A stretch of 64,000 nt of DNA from Selaginella moellendorffii (Eukaryota > Plantae > Lycopodiophyta). Of the stretch, positions 1 through 12,826 are shown piece by piece. Each line of letters begins with the position of its first letter. Positions within the stretch are counted from its first letter, which is position 1. The stretch lies in assembly GCF_000143415.4 (NCBI RefSeq), contig NW_003314279.1, positions 916,091 to 980,090 on the forward strand, read 5' to 3'. Position numbers and translations under genes: made by a program. Below the pieces are notes generated by a model. The model saw nothing but the letters and a program-made list of their open reading frames with translations, was not told the DNA's origin and did no database searches.

Positions 1-3000
1 TGAAGTGCTATACCATTTTGTCTAGGCTTGCTATTGAAAGACTTGGGTTGCAATGCTCAATTCTTTTCCGGGGAACCTTGCTATTGCTCCTTGAGTAGCT
101 TGGTGTTGGATTAGTGTTGAGTTTGGTCGGAAAGAGAGTGGCATGAGCTTGTCTGTGTTGTGAACAAAAGTTAGCGATGTTGGGTGTTGTAAATCTCTAT
201 TGGTGGAGTGTGGCATTTATGTTGCATTTTGTCGAATTGAGTTGGCACTTGATACTCACATAAACCTTTGAAGTAATGACATTGGCATTGCTCGTGGTGT
301 TGCTCAATCGATGATCAAGTCATTGTGATTTCTATATCATATCCATGTGATAATGAGCAATGTGTTTACGAAGTTGCTTGGTTAAATGATGATCAACCCC
401 AAAGTGGTTGATGGAGAAGCTAGTCTACTTGCACGAAGTAGCATTGTAGTAGCTTTGACTGAATTCTCGGAGATGGTCCATTATGCTAAGCTTAAGTTGG
501 TACCTTGTTTCCTTGAGTTTGCCCATTAGGTGTTGGAAAAGGGTTATAGCATTCACTTGCTATGACTTGTCGGTTGAACCGTTAGCATTTGGAGTAGATT
601 GTTGGATGGAGAAGATGTGTAGTTGGGGCATTGACATCACTAACACTTGTGTTAGTGGAAGTGGCATTGTTATTTCAAGTGATGAGGAATTTTCCTTGGA
701 CCTTGATTTTCCATGTCATTTTTCTTGTTAATGTTTCGGCTTCACATTAGATCTTAAAGGCGATTGAAGAAGAGTGTTAGTGCAATGTGGATATCCAAAG
801 ATGTGGTCTTCGTGATCAAGCCTTGGATGTTCATTTTGCACTTTGCGGATGTCAGTGTTGGATGTCGGTTATATGGGCAAAGATGTTCGATGCTTAAGCA
901 TGTTGTTCGATCATGAGAATTTGTGTTGAGGTGAGCCTATGTGAAGTTGTTGGTAGGAGGAAGTTGGTTGAGTCTTGAAAATTTGCAATCCTGGACTGAG
1001 AGTCATTCTTTCTCTAGGATGGGAAATTTTCCACAAATTTTCTTAGACTTTTCCAATGGCTGATCTATTGATCATTTTGTCTGAAAACCATTCCGTTTTT
1101 GAAGGCCAGTACAAACTAGTGAAGAGGTTGGAGTTGACTTTGGTTGGCTTGAACCTTAGTAAATAGTTTGTATGATGTGGCCTGAAAGGGATGCTGACTT
1201 TTGGGGCTAAGGCAATTGAGTTGGATAGAGTCTAGAGTTGGTGTAGAAAAGTGGCCGTTGCACTTTTCTCAGAAATGTGACCCTTGTACCTTTCTTTTGT
1301 AGCGTTATGCTTGGTGGCAGGTTGCACCTTGCATTACGTTAGACTCTATGAGAGTAGTGAGCTCTCACTGATCTTGACTTGGTCTTGGTGGCCCTGCGCC
1401 TTGGCTAAGGATGGTGATGTCCAACTTAGTTGTTTGAGGTTGAGATGTTGGTACCCGTACTATAGCTTTGTCTATGAGGAGGTTGTGTACCAATATGAGT
1501 CCATCTCATGGTCTTCACTTTAGTTTCGACTGAGTGTTGATCATGCATAGCTAGCCTCTTCAAGGCATGCTCAGAGCTATTGACTAAATGCATTAGTGAG
1601 CTTATTGCGGTTAAGTTGGATTCGAGTGGTCATTTAGTTTGTGCTTGTCTATGAACTTTTATCTCGTACCTGAGGTATTACGTTCATATTGGATGAGTAT
1701 ATGACTCGATGATATGAGTTTAGTGTTGAGTTTTGTGAACGCAAGTTGAGGAGTGATTGTTAGTTCTCTTTTGTGACTAGTGATTACTTGTAGACTTTAT
1801 CAAGGACCGTTGACACTTGCTTTGCTCGATGATGATTTAGCAGTGGTGGGCTTGCTTTACCGGATGGTGTTGCGGAGGATCATGTCATTAGGCTGGCATG
1901 GTTTTTCCATGTTGGCATGTCAATTCCTTTGTCGATATCATTTGGTTACGTTTGGTCTATAATGTTGGATTTCATTGAGTCTTGGAGGTGGTGATTCACT
2001 CCTTGAGGAAGTGTTATCCGTGACTGAGTATTGTTGAGAAATTGGTCTTGGATACTGAGTAAAGTATCTCCGACTTTAGTTAGCTTGGTTGCTAGAGAGT
2101 TTTGAGTGGTGATTCACTCTTGCTTTCTGCTAGTTTTGTTCTGTTGTTGATGGCATTGAAGTGATGCCTTGTCATTGACATTATTGAGGTTGAGATTCAA
2201 AGTGAAATGAGATGTCTCTCCTTAGGATTGATATTGAGTTTCATTAATCTTAATGAAGATAGTGTTGATGATTTGGCTATGGCTTTGTGTTGTTGGCATT
2301 CATGCATTTGCTAGTTAGCAACTGTGTTGACGTTCAAATGAACTGAGTGGCAAGTTGAGTTAGTTGTGTTCTAGACGAGATTATTTAGTAGGGGTTGAGC
2401 TTTGAGCTTTTCCTTGAAAAGTGGTTTAGTCATGGACTATGCTAACTCTACAAGTGGGAGAGTTAGTGATCGATGTTGGAATATTTTGAATCCTTATGGG
2501 ATTTTAGTTGAAATATATCAATCATTGATGATTCTTCTTGTGCTTGCTATGAAGTGAGTTACGTCTTGCTATAGATGGATTCATGGAGAATCATTTAGTG
2601 ATCACTTGTTGAGCATAGCTCCATTGTGCTTAGCTTTTGGATTGATGCAGAAATGTTCTTCATTAGCTTTGGTATTATGAAGTTTGGCTTATGGATGTGT
2701 TGAAGAAGACATTGTGGGTTGCACTATGATTTCTTCTTTAGCATTGAAGTTAGCTTCTATGAGACTCGTGATCATTATTAGGCAAGACTTAGCTATAGGC
2801 TTCTTCAAGCTTTTGGTTCTTTGAGTTTTATGCTCATTATTCCATTTGTTAGAAGTTGTTGGGGAAGGCATTTTGGCTTGTTAGCTTTGATGTTGAAGTT
2901 AGTATTTGCATCTAGCAATCATTAGTAATGATTGACTATCATTTAGGATGATTGATTCTCATTGTCAAAGGTTTTGCTTGATTATCGTTGATCTAGAATG

Positions 3001-4780
3001 ATTTGCTATTCTTCGGGATGGTGGATTCCTTCTTAGACGATGATTCTGCATATCTCTTTTTTTGATAGGATGATCAATGATCTTTTATGATGGTTAGTTG
3101 TTCTCTTTGATGGCTTTTGGCTTTTTGCAATACCACATGTTCTTTGTGGTTTGCTTTGGATTGGTCTCTTGGGTTTGAGACGTCAGTAGGATGTTGCTAA
3201 CACTTGCTTAGGCAAACTTGAGTTCCTTGGTATTGTTGGCTGGGATCTATTCCGATTAGCTTTTGTGATAGTTGGCAGGCATGAGTGTTTGTTGGTCTTA
3301 CCACATTCATTCTCTTCTGTTGATTGTTGCTCGAGTTAATTTTGATAGATTTAGATGTTATTTCCTTTGGGTGATACATTCGCGAGCATTGTGCTTGTTA
3401 GTCAATGATACTTTGTGTTCTTTGAGTTCTCTCTAGTAAGTTGTTGGCTTACTGTCTACTATCTTCGGTAGTTAAGTTTCATCATTGAGTATCCTTGATG
3501 ATATACTAGCTATTGAATTTTGTTGGATGGTCATTCCTATGTTTGCCAAATTATGATGATCTTGGTGGTTCCTATACTATAATACTAGTTTATCGGATGA
3601 TAACTTATTTGGAATACATTTGTGTTCTCATCTAAGCTTTATTCACTGATAATTAAATCTCTAAGATATCATTGTTTATGACTTTGATATAGTCCCTATC
3701 TATTGATCTTTGAGTTTGGGCCAGTATAGGCAGACTGGCTTCGGCACTTCGTGTGCATGTTGAAATCTCTAGTCATGGGGTAGCTACTGTCGACTGGTCA
3801 CATCACCCGCCTCTTTGTCGATGTTCCTTATTTTGTTGAAAGGGCGTGACCGTGTAAACAACTCTAACTGCCTGTTTACAGTAGTCTATCTAAACCTTAC
3901 CGACGGGTTTGGTTTCTTTGCTCAGGAGGGTTGGGGCCTCTGGCTTCTCTCTCTATGTCCCTGCGGGCAGGGCGTATCACACTTTTGTAGCTGGGTGACA
4001 CCTAGAGCAGCAAGGGTGGCTGACTCCGTTGGTCATTTCCTTGTCGGTGACGGCCGGAAGGTGTCTGAGCTGGTAGCGCATCCGCGTTAAACAAAGAGGT
4101 TGCTCCCTAACTCATTTAAGTTGATGCATTTCTCACATAGTGTGAGTACCGTGAACTTTTTCGAGAGTTGTTTCCTTGGCGGTATTCTGGACTGGAGTAT
4201 GCATCGACGAGGACGTCGATCTTCCCCAAGGGGGGGAGAGTGTCGCGAATGTGACTTCGGGTATCGAAAGTTATCTGTCGACCAGTCCTTACGGACACTC
4301 TTTCCTTACTGCCACGATGGCAGGAGGTCGGTATTGCTGGACCCTTTATCAGCCCCTCTTGTTCAAGTGTTAGTAAACTGGACTTAGCATCTGTACTTGG
4401 CCGGATGAGCATAAGGACGGAATTCCTAAGTGTCTATTTGGCCAAGCATACTTGGCCCGGCTTTTTAGTTCTCTTTTGCTCTGTCTTGCACTGGCTTGAC
4501 AAGAACCCTCGCGCATTGAGATTGGTCCCTCAATATCGCTACATGATAGCTTACCGTGTCTGCCAAACACCCTCGCTATCATGCCCTTTGTGTTAGTCTC
4601 ATTTTGGTCCCAAATGCTATTTATGGAAAGTGTCCAGATTTGCTTATTTGGCATATTTACGGAATGTAGAGATTGGCCTGAACACAATGGTGTTCGTCCC
4701 ATGTCCAAATTCGCAATCTAAGGACATTCCATATTTAGTAAGTTTCGAGTTTGTCCCAGAGACTAACTCCTGATACTAAG
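1..4780 (-). mobile_element. Highly degenerate LTR-retrotransposon internal region (probably Ty3/Gypsy-like)
   Basis: No long ORF; strong T/G skew on the + strand, consistent with decayed minus-strand coding DNA. Only faint RT-like traces at ~0.5-1.3 kb. Degenerate tRNA-iMet PBS-like motif ctcctgatacta at 4767-4778 (canonical reverse complement gctctgatacca). Confidence 0.5.
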
Positions 4781-5388
4781 GGAGGCTTGGGGTGAAAGCC
4801 CAAAGCGTGTGTTCCTCAAGGGGGGGGGGGCCTATGGGGGGTTCCAAATGTATAGTAGGGATAGTGGGTAGGTCGGGCATGGCCGACCAACCTGAGGCAT
4901 AGTCTAGCTCCCGCTTGCATGCCTGTCCTTGTTCTGCGTCCGGCTTGGGTCTAAGCCCAAGTTCCATTCCATGCTAACTGGTGGAGTACCCATGTCCTCA
5001 CGTTAGACCACCGGTATGCCGAAATAGCGCCAGACTCCGTTTGGCTCCGTTTTGTGTGCTGGTCCTGGCATTGGGATGCTGGTTGCTTCAGGACTGTTCC
5101 AAGTCGCTCCAGGCCCCTGTCCCTTCGCTCCTTGGGCTTTATGCTCGGGAGTTGCTCCGTGGTCCGGTTCCATCACTCCTTGGCTCCACGCTTGGGAGTT
5201 TGGCACCGTTCCTTCGTTCAGTGGCCCAAGGCCCTAAACCTCGGGTTCCTATGGACACGTGGCATGGACACGTGGCATGTGACACGTGGCATTTGTCACG
5301 TGGCACAAAGAGGGTTTAGATTCCGCTTCGTGGTGTTATCCTATGGTAAATCACCATAGGATAAAGGGTCAAAACCACGTGCGCTACA
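4779..5388. repeat. Putative LTR of the decayed retroelement
   Basis: GC-richer block next to the PBS-like motif, ending in ...GCTACA at 5388 before an abrupt switch to AT-rich DNA. Contains degenerate sub-repeats at 5110-5220 and a G-run at 4819-4830. Left boundary and orientation are ambiguous. Confidence 0.4.
5251..5306. repeat. Tandem GACACGTGGCAT-type array (4 G-box/ABRE cores)
   Basis: atggacacgtggcatggacacgtggcatgtgacacgtggcatttgtcacgtggcac seen directly. Confidence 0.85.
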
Positions 5389-6568
5389 TTTTTGACAAGA
5401 AATTAAAAATAGTAAAGTTATTAAATCTCTTGAAGCTGACAACAATTCAAGAGGCAACACACACACACACACACACAGATTGTAGCAACTAGATTGTAGC
5501 AAATTATGGCTTTGGGCTACATTAATACTCATCCCTACTTCCCTTTATATTTTCTTATTCCTCATACTAACTCATGGTTTTGATTTAAACACTAGGTGTC
5601 TTTGTAATTGCATTTTTTGATGGATTATAAATTTAGTGATAGCTTGCAAACAATCCCTCTCAATAGCTTTCTTAATAGAATTTTAGATATTAATATTAAA
5701 TGTTGTATAAACGAGTTTAAAGACAAAAGATCACAAGCATCGGATTAAAGAATATTTTAGAACATACTTGGATACTTCAGGTATATTCTTTATACTCTAC
5801 AAGTTTTCTAATAAACACTAATTTAGTTAACTCTAAATTTTTGGTTTGCTTAAGCAAACCTGTAGGTAATGGATGCTTGAATATTCAAGGATATTCTACC
5901 ATCGAACGCCTATTATTTATTTAGATTAATCCTGTATTTATAATCACTAGTTTATTTTACCATATTCAAAAAGATTATTCTTGTGTTTATAAATTATAAT
6001 TTTTTAAATAATTTTTGATATATTAGATTATTAAATAGAAATAACATTACCATTAAGTAAACTAAGTGTTGCTTCATAAAATTGTTTTTTATAACTTTTT
6101 TATAGTAAATATATATAAATGTCCACTTTTGGATTCTGGTGTAATGTGTTGATTACTATATCTGCACATTATCACATTTTTCGCACTTAATAAAATCTAA
6201 ATATATGTAAGAAGAAACAATTATATAACTTTTTGTACTGAAAGCACACTAATGGAGAAAATCACACTGATCTTCTTTTTGGAGAAACTCTTGCACTAAA
6301 GGGTATGAGCCAAGGTTATCATAAGCTGACATACATTTGAAATGCAATGAGTCAAGTTTTACAATCTAGTTTTGGCCGTGATCGCGCGAGCCCTATGCCT
6401 GTCCAACGCCGCGGATTGCCGCCGCCGGGGCTGCTGGTGTGGATTGACGCCCTGGCGATAGATTCTACACTGCTGCTGTTGCTGTTGGACGCGAGCTGAG
6501 ATCGCAATGCGGATGAATTGGTCACCAGCAGCCCTAGACGAAGAACCCTAAAAATGCAGTGGTGAGCC

Positions 6569-8326
6569 ATGGCGCTATCTGGATTGGCTTCGCCGCTGCC
6601 GAGATTCCACCGGAGCAGGAGCCCATACATCGAGGTACTCACTCCTCGCATTCTTCCTTGCGCGCGCATTCTTTTTGTTCGTTCTTCCACGCCTGTAGTT
6701 TGTTGCTTGTCCTCATTAGTTTAGCCTTTCTAGCTCCAGAGCTCTCGTCAGTTCTTCCATCACTTCCTGGACGTGAGGTCTACGAGGGCGAGACTTCCTC
6801 GATTGGGACACCAACAGCACAGGCTCCAGGTTCTCGGTATGCATGCCTTCTTCGTAGAAAACATTTCATTTGTGTATGAGTTTCTTACATTTTCGTCCCT
6901 GGCAGCTGCTGTGGATCCTGAGCTCCATACTGTTCTTGAGTTAGCTAGCGATGTGGAGCTTTCTGAGCTCTCGAGCATTCTCTATGGCAAGAGGTACGAA
7001 TCTAGAAACGCTCTTTTCGGAGGGAGCTGACTAGCTTGAAAAAAATCACAGCTTCTTTAGTCCTGTCTTTAAGTCCGTAGCACAGGGCGATGGCTCTAGT
7101 CCTCGGCATTCCGAGGACGGGGAAGAAAAACGAGATGATTTACTGGAACGGTTGGAATCGAGGCTTTTGTTTCTAGCCGCGGATGCCAAATCTACTGTGA
7201 CGTAAGTGCATTGCTTTGGAGCAAGTGTTTCTTTTTTAATTGTTGTACTACCGTTTAGTGGTCGGAGGCCCAGATACAGGGACGTTCTTTTACAAGTTCG
7301 ACAGAAACTCAAAATCCCGTGCTCCCTAAAACTTCCTACGGAGGACTTAGAAGCCGAGATATTTCTTTTCCTCCTCCAACAATCTTCAAGGCAAGCAATG
7401 ATGCTATTCTTGCCGCTCTTGACTTTTTTTTTCCAGTCCATCGGAGCCTCTGAGGATTGATGATGATCCGAGTGACGCTGAAACTTCCCAGTCTGGGTCA
7501 TGGCGCAAAAATCTCGCGGCAGCTCTCAAACTTGGGGGCCGTGAGCTCGTGTCCGCCGTGTTTAAAGTTTGTGTTTTTCCTTTCTTGGATTATCTGTCTA
7601 ACCTTACGCCAACGCGACAGGGTGGAAGCGCTCTCACAATGTCCACGCTCCAAAGATTGGTATGATCCTGTGATGTTTTCGGATATAAATTAGCCTGTCT
7701 TCAGGTGGCGAAGGAGCTTTCTGGAAAAATGCTGATGGAAGCTGCTCGTTACCAACTTGCTAGAGAGGCTCTAAAAAAGGTACTGTAATCGACCATGATT
7801 TCGTGGTAGTGTTCTTAAATAGTCGCAGCTCTTGTAGGGTGGTCAGCTGGTTGCTACAAAACTCGAGTCTCGCGTGACAATGCTTGCAGCAAGACAGGTA
7901 ACTCACCACAGCTTCTAACAAAGCTAGGAAGTGTTTACATTGTTTTGCAGTTACTTGCTGGGGCCGCTGCGAGATACATCACCATTCGGAGCACTATGAT
8001 GCTGCTTGGGCCCATGTAAGATGAGATGTTTAGCGCTTCCATTCTCATGTGAAATCTATGTTTTTGCAGTTTATGGGGAACGTTTATAGCTGATGTTGTA
8101 GTGACCGCTCTGGGACCGGATTACCTTCGTGTGGTCCGGGCAATCTATGCACTAGCGCAGGTAAATACGTTTCTTAACTTGATAGAGCTTGCTAAATGCA
8201 GATACACTGGAACTTAGATACGTCTGACGAGAACTTATGGATGGAAGCGAGGATCTCTTCTATGTCAAGGTACTCTAAAAGTTTTCTAAAAGTACTTAAG
8301 CTGCTATCGATTTCCCAGGTGATTAA
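6569..8326 (+). CDS. Multi-exon uncharacterised plastid-type protein of a conserved cyanobacterial/plant family (YaaW/UPF0174-like)
   Basis: ATG 6569 with a transit-peptide-like start. GT-AG exons encode ELHTVLELASDVELSELSSILYG, LESRLLFLAADAKST, YRDVLLQVRQKLKIPCSLKLPTEDLEAEIFL and AIYALAQIRLTRTYGW. Stop is 8289, or 8326 if the last intron is spliced. Confidence 0.7.
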
Positions 8327-8479
8327 AGATGGAGGAACCTCTCTGAGTTGCCGGTGTACAGAGATAGTTGGAAGCTTGTATAACTTGAATGCGTTTTTTT
8401 ATTCCTTGTTCTTGTTACTAAAGTAGAGACGTTGTGAAGTTCTCGTGGTGATTTTTTCTATATGGTACTCTTGGAGTGA

Positions 8480-9200
8480 GTCTAATAAGCTAAATTCTAT
8501 TAATGTATAGGAGTTTGCAATGGATCTGGGAGTGCCATGAGTCCTGTTTATTGAGGCCATATGTCACCAGCATTGCTTGGCAAGCATCAGGAATCCAGTA
8601 GATTACATTCTTGTGAATGTTTATGGAAGCTGTGAAGAAACGTTCTGGAGAGGTGTCCTCTGGTGCCCGGCTTATCATAACTGCGTCCTCCCCTCTTAGT
8701 CGAAGAGCTCAAACACGCCGGTGCTGCTCTGTCCAAGCAAGTACAGCTTGCCTTCCCAACCCATGAGCTTAAAGTTCCCTTAAAGTACTTCATTGACGTG
8801 GTGGAGTGAAAGGAACTCGCCATTGTCCGCGCGACCTCGCCTTTCTCTCCCATCCAAAGAATGGATGATGTTGTCACAAACCGGGGAAGAGGTTGTGACA
8901 AACTCCGCGAAATCCTCGTTGATATCCTCATGATGGTCGTGCTCTGTGACCAGCCACTCAGACTTCCATGAAACTACGCAACGGAAATACTACTCGATGA
9001 TCCGTAAATGGCAGCCTTAAGATGTGCCACTGCTTGACCTTTTCTCCACAGCGGGGCAAGAATTCTGGATGGTGGAAGTGGGTTTCCCACCCAAAAGGCT
9101 CTCTCCCGGAGCTTCAACTGGAATCACTTACCCAGACCCAAATGAGCAAAATATGTAACAAGGATAGCTTATTCCAAACATCGTTCCTCTCGACGGCATG
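8480..9200 (-). pseudogene. F-box gene pseudogene, inverted paralog of 10375-11379
   Basis: Minus strand reads LISRAPEDTS...QAMLVTYGLNKQDSW versus LISRAPKSIS...QAMLVTYNLSQQGSW in the intact gene. DNA match ttgggtctgggtaagtg at ~9125-9142. Frames are broken by stops and shifts. Confidence 0.75.
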
Positions 9201-10374
9201 GTTTGTTGTAGTGGCAGTTCTGCGTTCAGTGACCTCAGATTCGTGAGAGGAAGATTTATTTGAACTGGCGATTGGCTGATACTATGCTTGCTATATGTAT
9301 TTCTTTTTGTTAGTAAATTATATTCCAATCGGTCACATTCTTTTCATTTGTCCTGTTTGTTCTTAACACTTTGTTTTTGGATGTTACGTCCTGCATCCTG
9401 GATGACTTGGCTCCCTTGGCAATGAGTAGCAGGTGGGAGGCATCTGCAGTGAAAGAAAATAGAAGAAATTTTTTTAAAAAAAGAAAAAAAGAAAAAAAAG
9501 AAAGAAAAAAAAGAAAAGAGAATATTCTTTTTCTAATAGTAAATAGCTGGTCAATGTATCTATTTATCTATTTATATGCTATTTTAATAGTCTCATTTTG
9601 ATTAATGGATGCAAGAATGCAATTTGGATTATCTTTGCAATGGAGATTTTTGTCAGTCTTTAGCCTTCTTTAGTTACATTAGCTTTCTTTGGCCAAATTG
9701 ATTCCATTAAAGTCCTCCCCTTACTACATGCTCCTTCTCACTCACAATCTGATTTATTGTGGGAACAAGAATTTCTCAATCCAGACAGCTGTCCTATTTC
9801 ATAAATGAGGTCAAGCTTCTCACAGTTTGATAAACTTTTGTTTTTCTATTCCCCAAGGATAATAAAAAATACCCCTCACCTCTATCAATATGAGTGTATG
9901 AAATATAGAAATAAAATGTAGAAATGTGTAACTTTAATTAGCCCTAAAACCATAAGTTATATACAAGAGTGAGTGGTTTGGATTGAAACCAATATAATAA
10001 CTACCAAAATTCCATTATACTAATACTAATATATAACATCATAATTATACATTTAGACCTCATATTGGTATAACCCTCTAAAATACTATTGTGGTTTATA
10101 ACTACCACATCATAACTTTATACATGGCATTCCAAGATGTAAGGGGATGGATGGTTATCCTTTGCAGGATCTCTTTTGCTGGTCTCTTGGGCTCAAAGCG
10201 CAGGCAAGAAAACCTCCTTACCCAGGCCCATTACAGAGATGCAGATTGGAAAGTGGAAAAAACTATTAAACAATTTAAACACTTTAAAGGTAAAATGAAT
10301 GTGATGTAGTAATAACTATCTAAAAGGTAACAAAATAAAGTCACAAATTACATTTCCTCTGGTTAGGGCTGGTG

Positions 10375-11379
10375 ATGGAGCATGTAGATATCCTTTTGAG
10401 GCTTCCTGGGCCGAGTCTGTTGAGAGCAAGAGCTGTTTGCAAGGCGTGGAAAGAAATAATTGACTCTCCATGGTTTTCAGTCCGCTACAGGGATCCATCG
10501 CCCTACATCTTATTGCCAGCATCAAAAGAAGAGGGCTGGCCTTTCTGTAACATATGCCACTTGGGTCTGGGTAAGTGGTTCCAGCTGGAATTTCCATCCA
10601 AATTTATCCAGGCGGTCTCCCAGTCTGGGCTGGTGCTGGTCCGGGAAGGCAGAGGCTTTTGGGTGGGGAACCCATTCTTCAATAAGTGGAAAGCACATGG
10701 ATTAGAACTGCCATATGCAAAGTTTGATCCAGAGATTGCAACTCTAGTGGATCATGAACAGGGCTATCGAGTAGTATTTCGGGTGCGGAGATTCGTGCAA
10801 ACGGCAGTCCTCTGCTCCTGGAAGTCAGAATGGCTGCTCTGTAACCACCTTGAGGAGGATCTCAAGAAGGATTTTGTGGAGTTTGTCACATCCTCCTCCA
10901 CTGTTTGTGACAACATCATCCATTCCATTGGATCCAAAAGCAAGGTGGCACTGCTGAGTTATTGTGCAGACAATGGCGAGGTTCTTTCACTCCGTTACTT
11001 GAAGCTGGGGTCTGAAGTACTTGAAGGGTGTTTTAAGCTCTTTGGTAGGGATGGCAAGCTCTATTTGCTTGGAAAAAATGGCACTCACTTATTTGGACTC
11101 TTTGAAATAAGAGGTGAGAATGTAGTTCTGATAAGCCGGGCACCAAAAAGCATTTCTGCAAGATTCCCCTTTATAAAGTCTGCAAGCATCGACAACAATA
11201 TTATCTACTGCATTTCTCATGTTAAGCAAGCGATGCTAGTGACTTATAACCTCAGTCAACAGGGTTCATGGCAAATGGTACCACTTCCAGAACCATTGCC
11301 TTCATGCATTGGAATCTTAAATATTGTAAAGTTTAGTTTAGATTTACCATTTGGCTTAGACTTGTGTAGTGCCTTCTGA
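10375..11379 (+). CDS. F-box protein (single exon)
   Basis: N-terminal F-box ILLRLPGPSLLRARAVCKAWKEIIDSPWF followed by an F-box-associated region (GLVLV...WVGNPF). Confidence 0.85.
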   Translation: MEHVDILLRLPGPSLLRARAVCKAWKEIIDSPWFSVRYRDPSPYILLPASKEEGWPFCNICHLGLGKWFQLEFPSKFIQAVSQSGLVLVREGRGFWVGNPFFNKWKAHGLELPYAKFDPEIATLVDHEQGYRVVFRVRRFVQTAVLCSWKSEWLLCNHLEEDLKKDFVEFVTSSSTVCDNIIHSIGSKSKVALLSYCADNGEVLSLRYLKLGSEVLEGCFKLFGRDGKLYLLGKNGTHLFGLFEIRGENVVLISRAPKSISARFPFIKSASIDNNIIYCISHVKQAMLVTYNLSQQGSWQMVPLPEPLPSCIGILNIVKFSLDLPFGLDLCSAF

Positions 11380-12826
11380 TTTTAAACGTGGACAAAAGCA
11401 ACTCACTTTGAAGCCAATAATTAGCCAAGATCTAGCCAAGATTATTGCCAATTTAAGCTATGGAGCAAAGAGAGGCCAAGAACTCCAGCCCACTGAATCT
11501 AAGAAGAGCTAGGAAAACCAAGAGCAAGGTGAAGTCTACAACTTCTGAAGAGCTTGGAGCTTGAAGATTGCATACTGGAGTTTAAAGATTGTATGAAGCA
11601 TAGAGCATGAAGCGTGGAACATCATCAGCAAAGCTCACAAACTTGCATTTTGCATCCATCAGTCTCATGCTTGGCAACATGCATGAGACTTGATCATGGT
11701 TACTGTTCTGATTCTGCACTCGTGTGTCCTTTATATTTACTACGGTGAAAGTTTGTTTGCAAGCGAATACACCAAAACGAGAGGAATTGCTACTATGAGC
11801 AGACGTAAGGCCTCCGCAAGAAACAAAACTCGATTCCATGCTTTAGGAATGTTTTTGTGTAAATAAACCATAAACATTGCTAAGCAATTCTAATATTACT
11901 TCCAGTAGAAAACTTGCTCTAGGACGAGCTCTCCACCAAAGCGGAGATCCACCCGAGAGTAGCCAAGGAAGTACTGCCGCCAAAAGGTTCTTCAAAGCTG
12001 TGGTCGAAGAAACAAAACGCTAAGAAAGCGCCACTCGAAGAACATGGAGCTCGGGAAGGACGTACGGAATAAAAAACAGAAAAATGAAAGGACGCATACC
12101 GAGAAACCGAGAAGCTTGAGCCTAGCAGCTTTCTGGATTGAGAAATTTTCATTCCTGCTATAAATCTCATCCAAGACTGGAAACGAAGCAAACAGGACAA
12201 GGAAAGAATGAGAGCGATAGCCTGGATCATCCTGTGGTCAATCCTGGCTCCCTTGGCATGAGAGCGATGAATAAATAGCAGCTGGAATTGTCTACGAAGA
12301 CTATGGCACTTGGAAGGTTACAATTGCCGATGATGTAACAGGAAAAGAGTGTGTAAGCACACATACGCTGAAAGGCATGTCATGAACCTATCAACAGTTT
12401 GGTTGGGGCCTGCTCAAAGCCGACAGTTAAAGAGTTTTTCATATGCAAAGAGTAAGCGTATACCAAAGGGCAATGAAAGCTTCGAAGCTGCTACGTTGGC
12501 CTGTTCGAAAGCGTTATAAGAAACTAAACCAAAGGAGCAAGCATACATGACGAGGGAGAACAAACCAGCTGTCCACAAAAAATAGAAAGACCAATCTTCT
12601 AGAGTATAGATCTCGCATTCGATCCCCTCTCTCTCTCTTCAAAGCACGAAGCATTCGGGGGAGAAGGTTACAAATGGGGCCACGATATCAAGGAAGAAAG
12701 AATGATACCTGAGCTCTCAAGCTCGCCATAGCCCTTCCGCGACCTAAAAACTAATGCGAGGAAGAATGTTAAATATCAAATCTAAAAACACTCTATCCAA
12801 TAAAGCGGTACTCTTAAAGATGAAAT

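Noticed and set aside
9405-12262. Shared ~20-bp motif tggctcccttggca(a)tgag at ~9408 and ~12245, loosely like miR160/miR169
   Set aside because: Too many mismatches to the known mature sequences and no convincing precursor stem; may be chance.
11580-12729. Possible minus-strand multi-exon gene starting MASLRAQ at 12729
   Set aside because: Splice-like sites are present, but I could not build a consistent frame or recognise a family.
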